The notes under the pieces were generated by a model, which was not told where the DNA came from, ran no database searches, and saw nothing but the letters and a program-made list of their open reading frames with translations. DNA of 64,000 bases from an uncultured Alphaproteobacteria bacterium (GTDB taxonomy: Bacteria; Pseudomonadota; Alphaproteobacteria; CAAHEQ01; UBA3637), in the NCBI GenBank assembly GCA_944392125.1, contig CALXVP010000001.1, positions 132,325 through 196,324 of the forward strand, given 5' to 3'. Shown here one piece after another: positions 39,298 through 48,228 of this stretch (its first letter is position 1; the number at the start of each line of letters is the position of its first letter). A program made the position numbers and the translations under genes.

Positions 39298-39422
39298 AGA
39301 ATAAATCAAATAGGAAAAAACACTGCCGTAAGGCAAAAAAAATTCCCGCTCCGCAGAGGGGAATTTTTTAAACAAGATAACTTAAATTCTTTTTATCAAT
39401 AGGCGAGTTATTGATGTCTTAA

Positions 39423-39980
39423 CTAACACCCTCTGAAATAGCGCACGATTTCCAGTATACCGTAAGCCATTAAATAAATACCAATAAGGGCTGTAATCAT
39501 AACGGTTCCAATAATCGGATAGGCAAAAATTAACAAAGAGAAAATCAACCCGCCGATACCGCCCCAAAACAAAATCGGCCAATTTGTATCATGCGATTGT
39601 TTCATTTCAACACCCATCACAATTTCGGTTATACCGTTAAACAATGTCCAAAGAGCAAACACAATCGGCATACTCACGGCCGTAATGCCGATATTTGCCA
39701 AAAAGAGAACACCAATAACCAAATCCAGAATGCCTAATGCGAGCATCATATACGAATTGCTTTCGCGGAAGACCATCAAGTATCCTGCACCGAGCAAGAT
39801 AAATACAAGTCCGATAAACATAGCCGAAGCTAACAATGCCGTTATCGGATTAAAAATAACATAAATACCGCTTAATACCAGCAAAGCCCCTAGTAAAAGC
39901 AACCATTTACTTCTTTTGCCAAGTGGCAAATTTGTTAATACCTGTAAATCACTTTCAAACTCCATCTTATTTTTTACCAT
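39423..39980 (-). CDS. HdeD-family (DUF308) membrane protein
   Basis: Six TM helices with the repeated small-residue pattern typical of DUF308/HdeD. Confidence 0.6.
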   Translation of the reverse strand: MVKNKMEFESDLQVLTNLPLGKRSKWLLLLGALLVLSGIYVIFNPITALLASAMFIGLVFILLGAGYLMVFRESNSYMMLALGILDLVIGVLFLANIGITAVSMPIVFALWTLFNGITEIVMGVEMKQSHDTNWPILFWGGIGGLIFSLLIFAYPIIGTVMITALIGIYLMAYGILEIVRYFRGC

Positions 39981-40140
39981 AGTTCCTCCTTTTGATTTTA
40001 CATACTCTATATGTTGGGAGCCAAGATAAAAAAATCAAGAAAATTTATTTAAAATAAGTATTGACTTTTGTTTCAAAATCTTTTATTCTTTCATTATACA
40101 AATATATTGCCAATTTTTTTTATTTTGAAAGGAGCTCAAA

Positions 40141-41193
40141 ATGGAAGAAGAAATTCAAGAAAATAAATCACCGCTTGTTTCCGTTGTTATGCCTGTGTAT
40201 AATACGCGATATGATTATTTAACCATTGCCATTGAGAGCATTTTAAAGCAGACATATAAAAATCTTGAACTGATTATTGTTGATGACTGCTCACAAACTG
40301 ATATTTTTAACGATGTTGTTCGCACGTTTCAAGATGACCGCATTCATTTTATTCGGAATGAAAAGCACATCGGTGTGGGGGCTTCACATGCGCGAAATAT
40401 CGGTATGTCTTACGCAAAAGGGAAATATATTGCCGTTTTGGACAGCGATGATTACGCCTATCCGACACGGATTGAAAAACAAGTTGCTTTTCTTGAAAAA
40501 AATGAAAATATCGGCATCTTGGGCACGAAATATCGGCAAATTCCCGGTGATTTTGTTTATGATAAAACCGGAAGTAATGAGTATTTGAAGGCATTTTGTC
40601 TTTTAATCAATCCGCCCTTCGGCCATTCAACGGTCATGATGCGTAAATCAGTTTTAGACGAAACAGGGCTTTCATACGAACCTAATGTTATTTGCGATGA
40701 CTACCGTTTGTGGTTAGATTTGGTGGATAAAACAAATTTTGCAAACTTGGATGAAGTGTTGATAGATTATCGGTATCACATAGAAAATATCTCTCACGAT
40801 AAAGAAGCCGATTTGGAATGGGATGCCCGCCAATCGCAAGTCAGAACGGCCTATCGTTTAATGGATAGAGAGTTATCTCCCGAAAACGAAGAATTATTAT
40901 GTCGCTTACTCACTTCGCGCACCCTATTGCCGGCGGAATTAAATAAGGCTCTTTATTTGCACCAAAAAATTGTTAATTATTGTGAAGAAATGTATGGCAC
41001 AAATGCAACGGATAAAGCCCTTAAATTATCGTATTTTGCGCGCTTACAATCAATTATCGATCCCGAATATCAGGCATTATGGAGAAATCCGCAGGTGCAG
41101 GAAGCATTCCATATTCCGGAAGATAAACAAGTCTGCTCGTTTAAGGAAAGTTTATTGAAACGCTATTTGCGTCGCGATGAACGGAGCCGTTAA
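40141..41193 (+). CDS. family 2 glycosyltransferase
   Basis: VSVVMPVYNT...IIVDDCS...ARNIG...AVLDSDD is the GT2 (GT-A) DxD/DD signature. Confidence 0.75.
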   Translation: MEEEIQENKSPLVSVVMPVYNTRYDYLTIAIESILKQTYKNLELIIVDDCSQTDIFNDVVRTFQDDRIHFIRNEKHIGVGASHARNIGMSYAKGKYIAVLDSDDYAYPTRIEKQVAFLEKNENIGILGTKYRQIPGDFVYDKTGSNEYLKAFCLLINPPFGHSTVMMRKSVLDETGLSYEPNVICDDYRLWLDLVDKTNFANLDEVLIDYRYHIENISHDKEADLEWDARQSQVRTAYRLMDRELSPENEELLCRLLTSRTLLPAELNKALYLHQKIVNYCEEMYGTNATDKALKLSYFARLQSIIDPEYQALWRNPQVQEAFHIPEDKQVCSFKESLLKRYLRRDERSR

Positions 41194-41211
41194 ACGAGCC
41201 ATCCGTTCATC

Positions 41212-41748
41212 TTATACCAATAATAAGATAGCCGTTGAAAAGCCGACGAGTATTTCCGCCCACTCTGTCGGCTTTTTAATGTATCCCCAATCATATAAAT
41301 ACCAGCAGACGGCATATATATTTGTTAACACAATTCCGGCAAAAGCGAAAGAAGGTTTCATTAAAATGAGTGAAATCAAAACAGCCGGACCCGTGTATCT
41401 GATAAGCATCACAATATAATCGCACCCGAATCCATATAATGCCACATTCGGGATATACTTCTTCAGATATTTCCAATACCACAATTGCTCATAGCGAGAT
41501 TCATCCGGTTGGGTTTGTCTGCCTAAATCAAAGCAACACCCATGTGAACGCGCCCAAAATAAACCTTGCAAACAAAGTGCAACGCATAAACTTTGAAGCG
41601 GAAGATAATGATTCAAATATAATACACTCGCACAACATAAAAATCCGATTACATGTTGCAAGAAACGATTATCGCCTAATGCATCAAATCCACCGCCAAA
41701 CCAACGACGCCAACATCCTAAAAATAAAATATATATCATGTTTATCAT
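41212..41748 (-). CDS. hypothetical polytopic membrane protein at the distal end of the phage-like late operon (possible moron)
   Basis: ORF with 4-5 hydrophobic segments. Its start overlaps the o-spanin stop by 4 nt. Confidence 0.3.
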   Translation of the reverse strand: MINMIYILFLGCWRRWFGGGFDALGDNRFLQHVIGFLCCASVLYLNHYLPLQSLCVALCLQGLFWARSHGCCFDLGRQTQPDESRYEQLWYWKYLKKYIPNVALYGFGCDYIVMLIRYTGPAVLISLILMKPSFAFAGIVLTNIYAVCWYLYDWGYIKKPTEWAEILVGFSTAILLLV

Positions 41749-41966
41749 TTGATTGTTCCTTTTTCATGATTGCTTTGACACATTCCATACGCCATTTTGT
41801 AAGCTCTGTAATTCAACCATAAATCCCGCACGGTTTGATTCCGGCGCTCTATCACCGGCGGACACATATTTTCATAAACATATATTGGTTCACTGTGGCA
41901 AGCAGTCAAAAATATCAGTATCAAGCAACTGCTGACAATTTGGTTTTTCCTCCATAAGTTTTTCAA
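41745..41966 (-). CDS. o-spanin (outer-membrane lipoprotein, Rz1-like)
   Basis: Lipobox LILIFLTAC. 73 aa. Embedded in the +1 frame in the 3' end of the i-spanin gene, adjacent to the endolysin. Confidence 0.45.
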   Translation of the reverse strand: MKNLWRKNQIVSSCLILIFLTACHSEPIYVYENMCPPVIERRNQTVRDLWLNYRAYKMAYGMCQSNHEKGTIK

Positions 41967-42228
41967 GACGTTTCTCCTCGTTTAGTTGGAACGCACATAG
42001 GGTTTCCGTATGTTGCCGTATTTGATTCAATAAATTGTGTGATAACGTTTGTTTCAATTCCGCTTGGGCAACGGCCTCGGCTCTTTGTTGCTCTTTCATT
42101 CCGCATAAATAAGCTACAAAAAGGGAAGCAATCCAGATAAGGAGAATATAAATTATCCGTTGCAAATTATTCCTCGTTTCATCATATCGGCTAAGGTTTT
42201 CGCGCGTTTGCCCACTTGCGTTGCCCAT
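41890..42228 (-). CDS. i-spanin (Rz-like; N-terminal TM + coiled-coil)
   Basis: TM segment IIYILLIWIASLFVAYL followed by a charged helical region. Its 3' end overlaps the o-spanin. Confidence 0.45.
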   Translation of the reverse strand: MGNASGQTRENLSRYDETRNNLQRIIYILLIWIASLFVAYLCGMKEQQRAEAVAQAELKQTLSHNLLNQIRQHTETLCAFQLNEEKRLEKLMEEKPNCQQLLDTDIFDCLPQ

Positions 42229-42575
42229 TTACTCGTTAACATTTCTTGCCCGGCAACGGCAAAATTTCCGATTTCAACGGCTTTCAACATTTTTTTAAAT
42301 CCCTTTAATCGGACCAATCCTAAATTAAAGCACATTTCGCAGATAACGCTTTGTCGCACTTCATCTAAATCGGCATACCAAGGAAATGATGATAAGCATT
42401 CTTGATGACACCGTTGTAAATCATTTTCCAATAAATAGCGCGCCTCGCTTTCGGTAATGCCCACATCGTCTAAATTGCGCCCGATACCGATTGTCAACTT
42501 CCCTGCCGTGCATCGATAAGGTTTTAACTTGACTCCCTCATGGCGTATAACACGCTCAATAAATTCCTCTTTCAT
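42153..42575 (-). CDS. endolysin, glycoside hydrolase family 24 (T4-lysozyme-like)
   Basis: RHEGVKLKPYRCTAGKLTIGIGRNL contains the catalytic Glu/Asp/Thr arrangement of the GH24 lysozymes. Confidence 0.75.
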   Translation of the reverse strand: MKEEFIERVIRHEGVKLKPYRCTAGKLTIGIGRNLDDVGITESEARYLLENDLQRCHQECLSSFPWYADLDEVRQSVICEMCFNLGLVRLKGFKKMLKAVEIGNFAVAGQEMLTSKWATQVGKRAKTLADMMKRGIICNG

Positions 42576-42593
42576 CGTTTATTTTATCCTTCC

Positions 42594-42965
42594 TTATTTA
42601 AACAAAAAGGTTCCGATTTCACCAACGGAAACGCCGAATGTGGCACACAACAATGTAATCAATACATAAATAAAAACCTTGTTGCTCAATACTTCTTTTA
42701 ATGTAGCGGAAATGCTGGCGCGATTGGTGCATAATTCCAACACTCTGTCAATTTTGGCATCCAGCGTTTCTACTTTACGCTCAACCGCATCTACTTTCTT
42801 TTCTAAATCCGTCATTCGGTGTTCCAATTTTGAAAAATCTTCACATTGTTTTTCGTGTAATAAAATGGCGGCTTTTGATAAGCCGCCTTTACGTGGTTGT
42901 CCTAAAATTACATCCAGAGCAACCCTTTGTTCACACATTTTTTTCCTCCGATTCATCAACATCAT
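42594..42965 (-). CDS. putative holin / lysis-associated membrane protein (coiled-coil + C-terminal TM)
   Basis: Position immediately upstream of the endolysin. A single C-terminal TM (VFIYVLITLLCATFGVSV). No family-level match. Confidence 0.3.
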   Translation of the reverse strand: MMLMNRRKKMCEQRVALDVILGQPRKGGLSKAAILLHEKQCEDFSKLEHRMTDLEKKVDAVERKVETLDAKIDRVLELCTNRASISATLKEVLSNKVFIYVLITLLCATFGVSVGEIGTFLFK

Positions 42966-43332
42966 GATTTATATTTTTCCACTCATCAAATGTTTGAATT
43001 ACCACATTCGGAAATGCCTCATCACTCGGTAAATCCCGCAAGTATTGCCGATATTGTTTATAGGCTTCTCTTTCTTCTTCCGTTATCGGATAATCAGGAA
43101 GCATAAAAACATCGGTTGATTGCAAAACGGTATCACGCTCGGCTCGCTTTTCCGATTTTTGCAATTCTATCGGTTTTTCGGGAGCATAACCCAATAGATA
43201 CCAACTTCCGTTATAGGCTTGCTCTACTTCTTGTTCAGTCATTCCGATAGATTGATAAAATTCAATATTTGTTCCTGTTCCTACCGAACATTCTTTTGTT
43301 TCTTCATTTTCTATTTTCGCATATTTCAGCAT
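42931..43332 (-). CDS. tail-fibre assembly/chaperone-like protein (paralogue of 45546-45875)
   Basis: The N-terminal 70 aa are about 60% identical to 45546-45875 (NEETKECSVG.GT..FYQSIGM.E..VEQAYNG.WYL.GY.P.KP). Lies directly downstream of a fibre gene. Confidence 0.4.
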   Translation of the reverse strand: MLKYAKIENEETKECSVGTGTNIEFYQSIGMTEQEVEQAYNGSWYLLGYAPEKPIELQKSEKRAERDTVLQSTDVFMLPDYPITEEEREAYKQYRQYLRDLPSDEAFPNVVIQTFDEWKNINHDVDESEEKNV

Positions 43333-43333
43333 T

Positions 43334-45178
43334 TTACGCTCCTTTCAATGGATAATACACCATTTTACTTGTTGTTTTTGGACTATCTATTGTTATAATA
43401 TCACCCTTGTTTAAAAACAGGTTTTGTGTTTGCGTTATTTGATTAACAGTATTCGTAACAAAACTTGATACTGTGCTACCATTCATTGTTATTACGCCGC
43501 CATTTCCGTTTTGATAATCACATATACCTATCAGAGAAAATAAACACGGAACAGGTGCTGTAAAACTCGTTCCGCTTATACTAACTCCGGCACTGTAATC
43601 AGGCATTCCCCAAGCAATAATGGTTTGTTTTCCCGTTGGTGTAAAATTATTTGCATTTATATAATCAAATTCATCAACCGCTTTGAAAGTTTTTCTCAAA
43701 TTAAATGATGTGATTTTTCCAGCGGAAACATCAACAGTTCCAATTATACACGAATCACTTTTAACTCCATTATTTTCGTTTATATTCAATTCATAATTGT
43801 ATGTATAACCGTCTGACAATAATGATATATCTTGGGCATTTCCTATAACGGTATATCTCCCTGTTTCTGTTGTTCCGTTAGTTATAGTAATTACATTACT
43901 TGTTTTATATGCGTAGTTATTTGAAGTGCCGTCCGAATCTCGTCCATCCGGAATTAAGCCCTCAACACCGGGCAATGAAAAGATAGTGTTCCCAATATAT
44001 CCGAATCCATTGAATGTTTGTTCGATTGATATAGGAACTCCATTAGAAACATTTACAATAGCTAAAGGAAATGACCAGTTAGATTCTTGCAAAACACCTG
44101 AATTATAAAAATCAACAGACTTTGTTGAAGTATTGTAAAACATTCCTGTGCCAACAGGAGAAATGGCACCGGAAGAACAATCAGACACATTTTGATTGCA
44201 GTATGCTTTATCTTGCTTTGTAGAGTAAAAAATAAACTTTATATTATTTCCTGAACACAACACAATGTAATCCTTGTTTAAACTAATTGCATTACCTGCG
44301 CCATCATATACCTTACTTCCGGCTTTCAGTGTCAGCGTGCCATCAGTTAATTCAAGTTTAATATCTTGTGGTATTGATTTAATACAATTTGCAACATTGT
44401 GAAACGTTATAGCTCCTGAGGATTGCACTGTTTGATTAAACGCATCTGTTTTGTCTGCCGCGTTTTGATTAAAAACATTTGTTGCGTCTGCTACATTTTG
44501 GTCAAAAGCATCTGTTTTATCTGCCACGTTTTGATTAAAAACATCTGTTTTATCTGCCACGTTTTGGTTAAAAACATCTGTTTTATCTGCCACGTTTTGG
44601 TTAAAGACATCTGTTTTATCTGCCACGTTTTGATTAAATGCATTTGCTGTAGTGATGAGTGTATCTAAACTATTCGCAGCACTTATGGCGCTTGTTTCGG
44701 CAGCTTGCGCTTTTACTGTGGCAACGGATGCCTGCTCTACCGCTGTCTGAGCTGACAAGGTAGCTGATGAGGCACTATTTTCGGCACTTGTAGCACTTGC
44801 AGACGCCTCATTTGCCATTGTTGTGGCGGTGGTTGCCTGCGCGATTGCCGTGCTTGCTGCCGTTTGGGCACTATTAACAAGTGGCGAAATAATGGTATCC
44901 GTTATCTCATTTATTTCAGGGATAATCGTATTTTCAATATATTCGTCCACCGTCGGTTTGGCTATTTCATTCACAATTTGCGAAACAAGCGGTTTTGCCT
45001 GCGTCTCTACATAATCCGAAATTTCGGGCTTTGAAACGGTATCAACATATTTTTGTATTTCCGCTTCCCCGCTTTTGATGAAAAGTAAAGAAGCATTATT
45101 ATCAATATGCGCATTTTCTTCGTAATATACTTGAATTGCATCATCTTTGACTAAATTAACATTGATTGTTTGCTCCAT
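43334..45178 (-). CDS. tail fibre protein with an internal 11-aa (33-nt) tandem-repeat stalk
   Basis: Seven roughly NQNVADKTDVF repeats. An Ala/Thr/Ser-rich coiled stalk. A C-terminal beta-rich domain. Confidence 0.6.
   Translation of the reverse strand: MEQTINVNLVKDDAIQVYYEENAHIDNNASLLFIKSGEAEIQKYVDTVSKPEISDYVETQAKPLVSQIVNEIAKPTVDEYIENTIIPEINEITDTIISPLVNSAQTAASTAIAQATTATTMANEASASATSAENSASSATLSAQTAVEQASVATVKAQAAETSAISAANSLDTLITTANAFNQNVADKTDVFNQNVADKTDVFNQNVADKTDVFNQNVADKTDAFDQNVADATNVFNQNAADKTDAFNQTVQSSGAITFHNVANCIKSIPQDIKLELTDGTLTLKAGSKVYDGAGNAISLNKDYIVLCSGNNIKFIFYSTKQDKAYCNQNVSDCSSGAISPVGTGMFYNTSTKSVDFYNSGVLQESNWSFPLAIVNVSNGVPISIEQTFNGFGYIGNTIFSLPGVEGLIPDGRDSDGTSNNYAYKTSNVITITNGTTETGRYTVIGNAQDISLLSDGYTYNYELNINENNGVKSDSCIIGTVDVSAGKITSFNLRKTFKAVDEFDYINANNFTPTGKQTIIAWGMPDYSAGVSISGTSFTAPVPCLFSLIGICDYQNGNGGVITMNGSTVSSFVTNTVNQITQTQNLFLNKGDIITIDSPKTTSKMVYYPLKGA
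44425..44650. repeat. roughly 33-nt tandem repeat array (about 7 copies) inside the tail-fibre gene
   Basis: acgttttg(a/g)ttaaaaacatctgttttatctgcc repeated head-to-tail, seen directly. Confidence 0.8.
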
Positions 45179-45185
45179 TTCAACC

Positions 45186-45545
45186 TCACTTTGTTATTTG
45201 TTTTGTAATGCGCAATACGCCGACCTTATTAACATCGGACGGGAAAAATGTATGCACACGCCCGTCAGGCATTTGAAACTGCATATCTGTTTGATAATCC
45301 CCAATATCTATATTCGTGTCGCTGGGCGTTAAGGTTAAGCAAAAAAGACCCTTTTGAATGTCAATCGGTTCTGCTGTTTTTGATAAAACAGGCTCTCCGC
45401 TTTCATTCACTGCCTGCATTTTGATAACGCTGTTTGTCATATCAATCGGCGTTCCGCAGGGAATTCTGAATTGAAAATATAAGTCATAACTATCTCCTTG
45501 ACGAATAGTTATGATATTTGATAATGGACTAATTTTGCCTGTCAT
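45186..45545 (-). CDS. phage hypothetical protein (small beta-rich)
   Basis: ORF located between fibre module 1 and fibre 2. Confidence 0.3.
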   Translation of the reverse strand: MTGKISPLSNIITIRQGDSYDLYFQFRIPCGTPIDMTNSVIKMQAVNESGEPVLSKTAEPIDIQKGLFCLTLTPSDTNIDIGDYQTDMQFQMPDGRVHTFFPSDVNKVGVLRITKQITK

Positions 45546-45875
45546 TTATCCCTCCAACTCGTTAATTTCCAAACGCCATTCTTTGCGTTCCAGAATTTTC
45601 TCCGAATACTCTTCTTTTGTTGCCGAACCCTCGGCAATTTTCACAACGATATAATCCGTATCCGCAAGTTTTTGCTTCAACTCGGCAATTCTTTCCGAAT
45701 TTATTACAGATTGTGGCTTATCGGGTACATAGCCTGCTAAATACCATCGCCCGTTATAGGCTTGCTCTACATCGGCTTCTTGCATACCGATTGATTGATA
45801 AAATTGACTATCCGTTCCAATTCCTACCGAACATTCTTTTGTTTCTTCATTTGTAACCAACACATATTTTTTCAT
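45546..45875 (-). CDS. tail-fibre assembly/chaperone-like protein (paralogue of 42931-43332)
   Basis: Shared N-terminal domain with 42931-43332. Lies directly downstream of a fibre gene. Confidence 0.4.
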   Translation of the reverse strand: MKKYVLVTNEETKECSVGIGTDSQFYQSIGMQEADVEQAYNGRWYLAGYVPDKPQSVINSERIAELKQKLADTDYIVVKIAEGSATKEEYSEKILERKEWRLEINELEG

Positions 45876-45876
45876 A

Positions 45877-46773
45877 TTATTCTCCTATCGGATAAAAAGT
45901 TACGCTGACGCCTGTAAATGTAATTTTTTGATTTTTCCCCACCGAAAAACCTGCATTATCCGGAGCCCCGTAACTGGCACCCCACGACGATTCAAAAACT
46001 CGGACAGAATCAATATCCAGCCATGATGTTCGGTTATTTCCGCCGGCACGAACAACACAAAGGCCATTGGAAGGCGTCGTATATCCCGAGCTAACGGAAA
46101 TAGCCCCCTTATAATCGGGAGTCCCTTTTTCTTTGATAAATGTATTTAGCCAGCTTGTTGTAACAATATCTTGGCAATTACTCTCTAAATCGGGCGTAAC
46201 GGCATGCGCATACATACCCGTCTTTTCCGAGTATCCTAATATAATCGCCTCACCTGCACTTTCATTCGTCAAAGGATTATAAACAACTCCCGCTACTTGC
46301 ATTGCATTATCGGCACTTTGAGATGCGCTTAATTCAAAAAGCAACGTTTCTCCGGCATTGGTTTTAAAGGCAATGGCAGGTGTTTGAATCGTCTTGTCGT
46401 CATAAATCGATTCAGTTTGCACGGTTATGTCTGATTCATTTACCACAACACCACTGTTAAATTGTTTGATACCCGAAGCTGTTTCATCACCCGTTTTATG
46501 CAAAGCCGTATCAAATTGGCGTTTATTTACGGCATCGCTTGCAACAGTTCCGTCAGCAACATTTTTGATTTGAAAATTATTCATATTTAAACTACCGCTT
46601 AACGGAACACGTCCGTCTCGCAAAAATGCCAAGTTCAATCCGTTAGCAAAATTATCATCTTCTTCATCATGCCTATCAGAAACAATATCAATTTCATTCA
46701 CACGATCTTCTTCCCAAGAATGAATTCTCGTAAAATTCCCCTCACTATCAAACGGCATATTCTCTCCTTTCAT
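45877..46773 (-). CDS. tail fibre / receptor-binding protein
   Basis: FQIKNVADGTVASDAVNKRQFD is the widespread phage tail-fibre motif (…NV.D…DAVNK.Q.D). Confidence 0.6.
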   Translation of the reverse strand: MKGENMPFDSEGNFTRIHSWEEDRVNEIDIVSDRHDEEDDNFANGLNLAFLRDGRVPLSGSLNMNNFQIKNVADGTVASDAVNKRQFDTALHKTGDETASGIKQFNSGVVVNESDITVQTESIYDDKTIQTPAIAFKTNAGETLLFELSASQSADNAMQVAGVVYNPLTNESAGEAIILGYSEKTGMYAHAVTPDLESNCQDIVTTSWLNTFIKEKGTPDYKGAISVSSGYTTPSNGLCVVRAGGNNRTSWLDIDSVRVFESSWGASYGAPDNAGFSVGKNQKITFTGVSVTFYPIGE

Positions 46774-46920
46774 TACAACTAAAAAATATGTTTTATAAAC
46801 AAATTATTAAAATTGATTATTTAATAATTACATTAAGTTTTCTTTCAATCGTTTTTATCTACTCAACCGGTTAAAATAAAATCGTTTCACACAGCACAAA
46901 CCTTATCAACCCACACAATC

Positions 46921-47601
46921 TTACTTAGACCCAAACAAGCGTGAAACTCCGCTGATTAAAGAATTTGTTAAAGCCAGTTGATTATTAGCTGCTTGTTGTT
47001 TTGAAGCATAATTATTTGCCGCAATGTTATTGGCTGCCGCATAAATATCCATTTGCTTATCATATTCACTGAGCGAACCGTTCAAAAGCGATTGCAATAG
47101 GTTGATGTAATTTTGATTTGCCGTTGCCGTATAGTTACCGACATCAATTTGATTCGCCAAACTTTGTGTGAACGCATCTTGTCCGTTTAATACAGATTGG
47201 TAGGCAGCTTGATTTAACGCATCATTTTGCGATGATTGCAAATCACTCATGGCGCGACTATATGCTTCTGATCCCACAGGTAATCCTTTATTTTGTAATG
47301 ATGTTGCCAAATCGCTCGTTTGGTTTTGAAATTGGGGTGTTAATTTATCCACATAGGCTTGATATGTGGCATTTTCGGCCCGTTGACGCGCAGCATCACT
47401 ACCATCCACATTAAACGTATAATTCCCGAGCGTATTTGCTAAATTTTGACTCATGGAATTGGCAGCCGTTGTCATATTTGAAAGCGTATTATCCACATTT
47501 GACGTATTGATTCCCTGCAAATAATTGATTAAATTTTGTGCCCCGCTGTTATCATATTTAACCGTGCCTGTTCCCGTAATACTCTTAAATGCTTTACTCA
47601 T
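46921..47601 (-). CDS. Q/N/S/A-rich virion protein (possible internal/ejection or tail protein)
   Basis: Low-complexity composition within the structural module. Confidence 0.3.
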   Translation of the reverse strand: MSKAFKSITGTGTVKYDNSGAQNLINYLQGINTSNVDNTLSNMTTAANSMSQNLANTLGNYTFNVDGSDAARQRAENATYQAYVDKLTPQFQNQTSDLATSLQNKGLPVGSEAYSRAMSDLQSSQNDALNQAAYQSVLNGQDAFTQSLANQIDVGNYTATANQNYINLLQSLLNGSLSEYDKQMDIYAAANNIAANNYASKQQAANNQLALTNSLISGVSRLFGSK

Positions 47602-48088
47602 TTTTTTTCCTCCATAAACATTCTGTTTCTAACAACCCGTAAACAAAGCAATCTTTTCCGTTTTCCCGAAATTGACGCAGTTTACCTTCTTTTTTAAATC
47701 CGATACCCGATAACAAACGAATACTCTTTTCATTATCCGTATCCACCAGCGCATTTAAACGCCGACAATTTAAACCATCAAAAGCAAATCCGAAAATAAG
47801 TTGCAATATCCGCCGTGAACACCACCTTTTATCCGTGCTGTATATGGTCAACCAACAATCTTGACCAAACCGAATATCGTGAAAAATAATTCCGGCAATC
47901 AGTTGATGATCTAAATAAATACCCAACGTTGTGTGTTCACCAACCCAATTCGTCGTTTCATTCAATCCATCACAAACCCATTTAAGAATCGAATCATCCG
48001 TATCGGCAATCGCCGTTAATTGCGTGGATTGCGTAGCTTGTATTGAGCTATTTTCGGAAGTTTCCGATGTTTTATTTTTGACTTTCAT
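47594..48088 (-). CDS. GNAT-family N-acetyltransferase embedded in the structural module
   Basis: RLNALVDTDNEKSIRLLSGIGFKKEGKLR matches GNAT motif A/B (Q/RxxGxG/A-like). 164 aa. Confidence 0.55.
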   Translation of the reverse strand: MKVKNKTSETSENSSIQATQSTQLTAIADTDDSILKWVCDGLNETTNWVGEHTTLGIYLDHQLIAGIIFHDIRFGQDCWLTIYSTDKRWCSRRILQLIFGFAFDGLNCRRLNALVDTDNEKSIRLLSGIGFKKEGKLRQFRENGKDCFVYGLLETECLWRKKNE

Positions 48089-48228
48089 TTTATCTTTTTC
48101 GTATCCCTTCTTATATAAATTTTACAAGATTTTGATACTTAAAATTTAATTTATTTACAATAAATTATTTATGTAATCAAAAGTGATACATTAATTTATT
48201 TTTTTTGATTTTCTTCTTATATAAAAAA

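Noticed and set aside
44425-44650. Regularly spaced 33-nt direct repeats that could be mistaken for a CRISPR array
   Set aside because: The repeats are contiguous with no spacers. They lie in frame inside a tail-fibre coding sequence and translate to an 11-aa protein repeat. There are no cas genes nearby.
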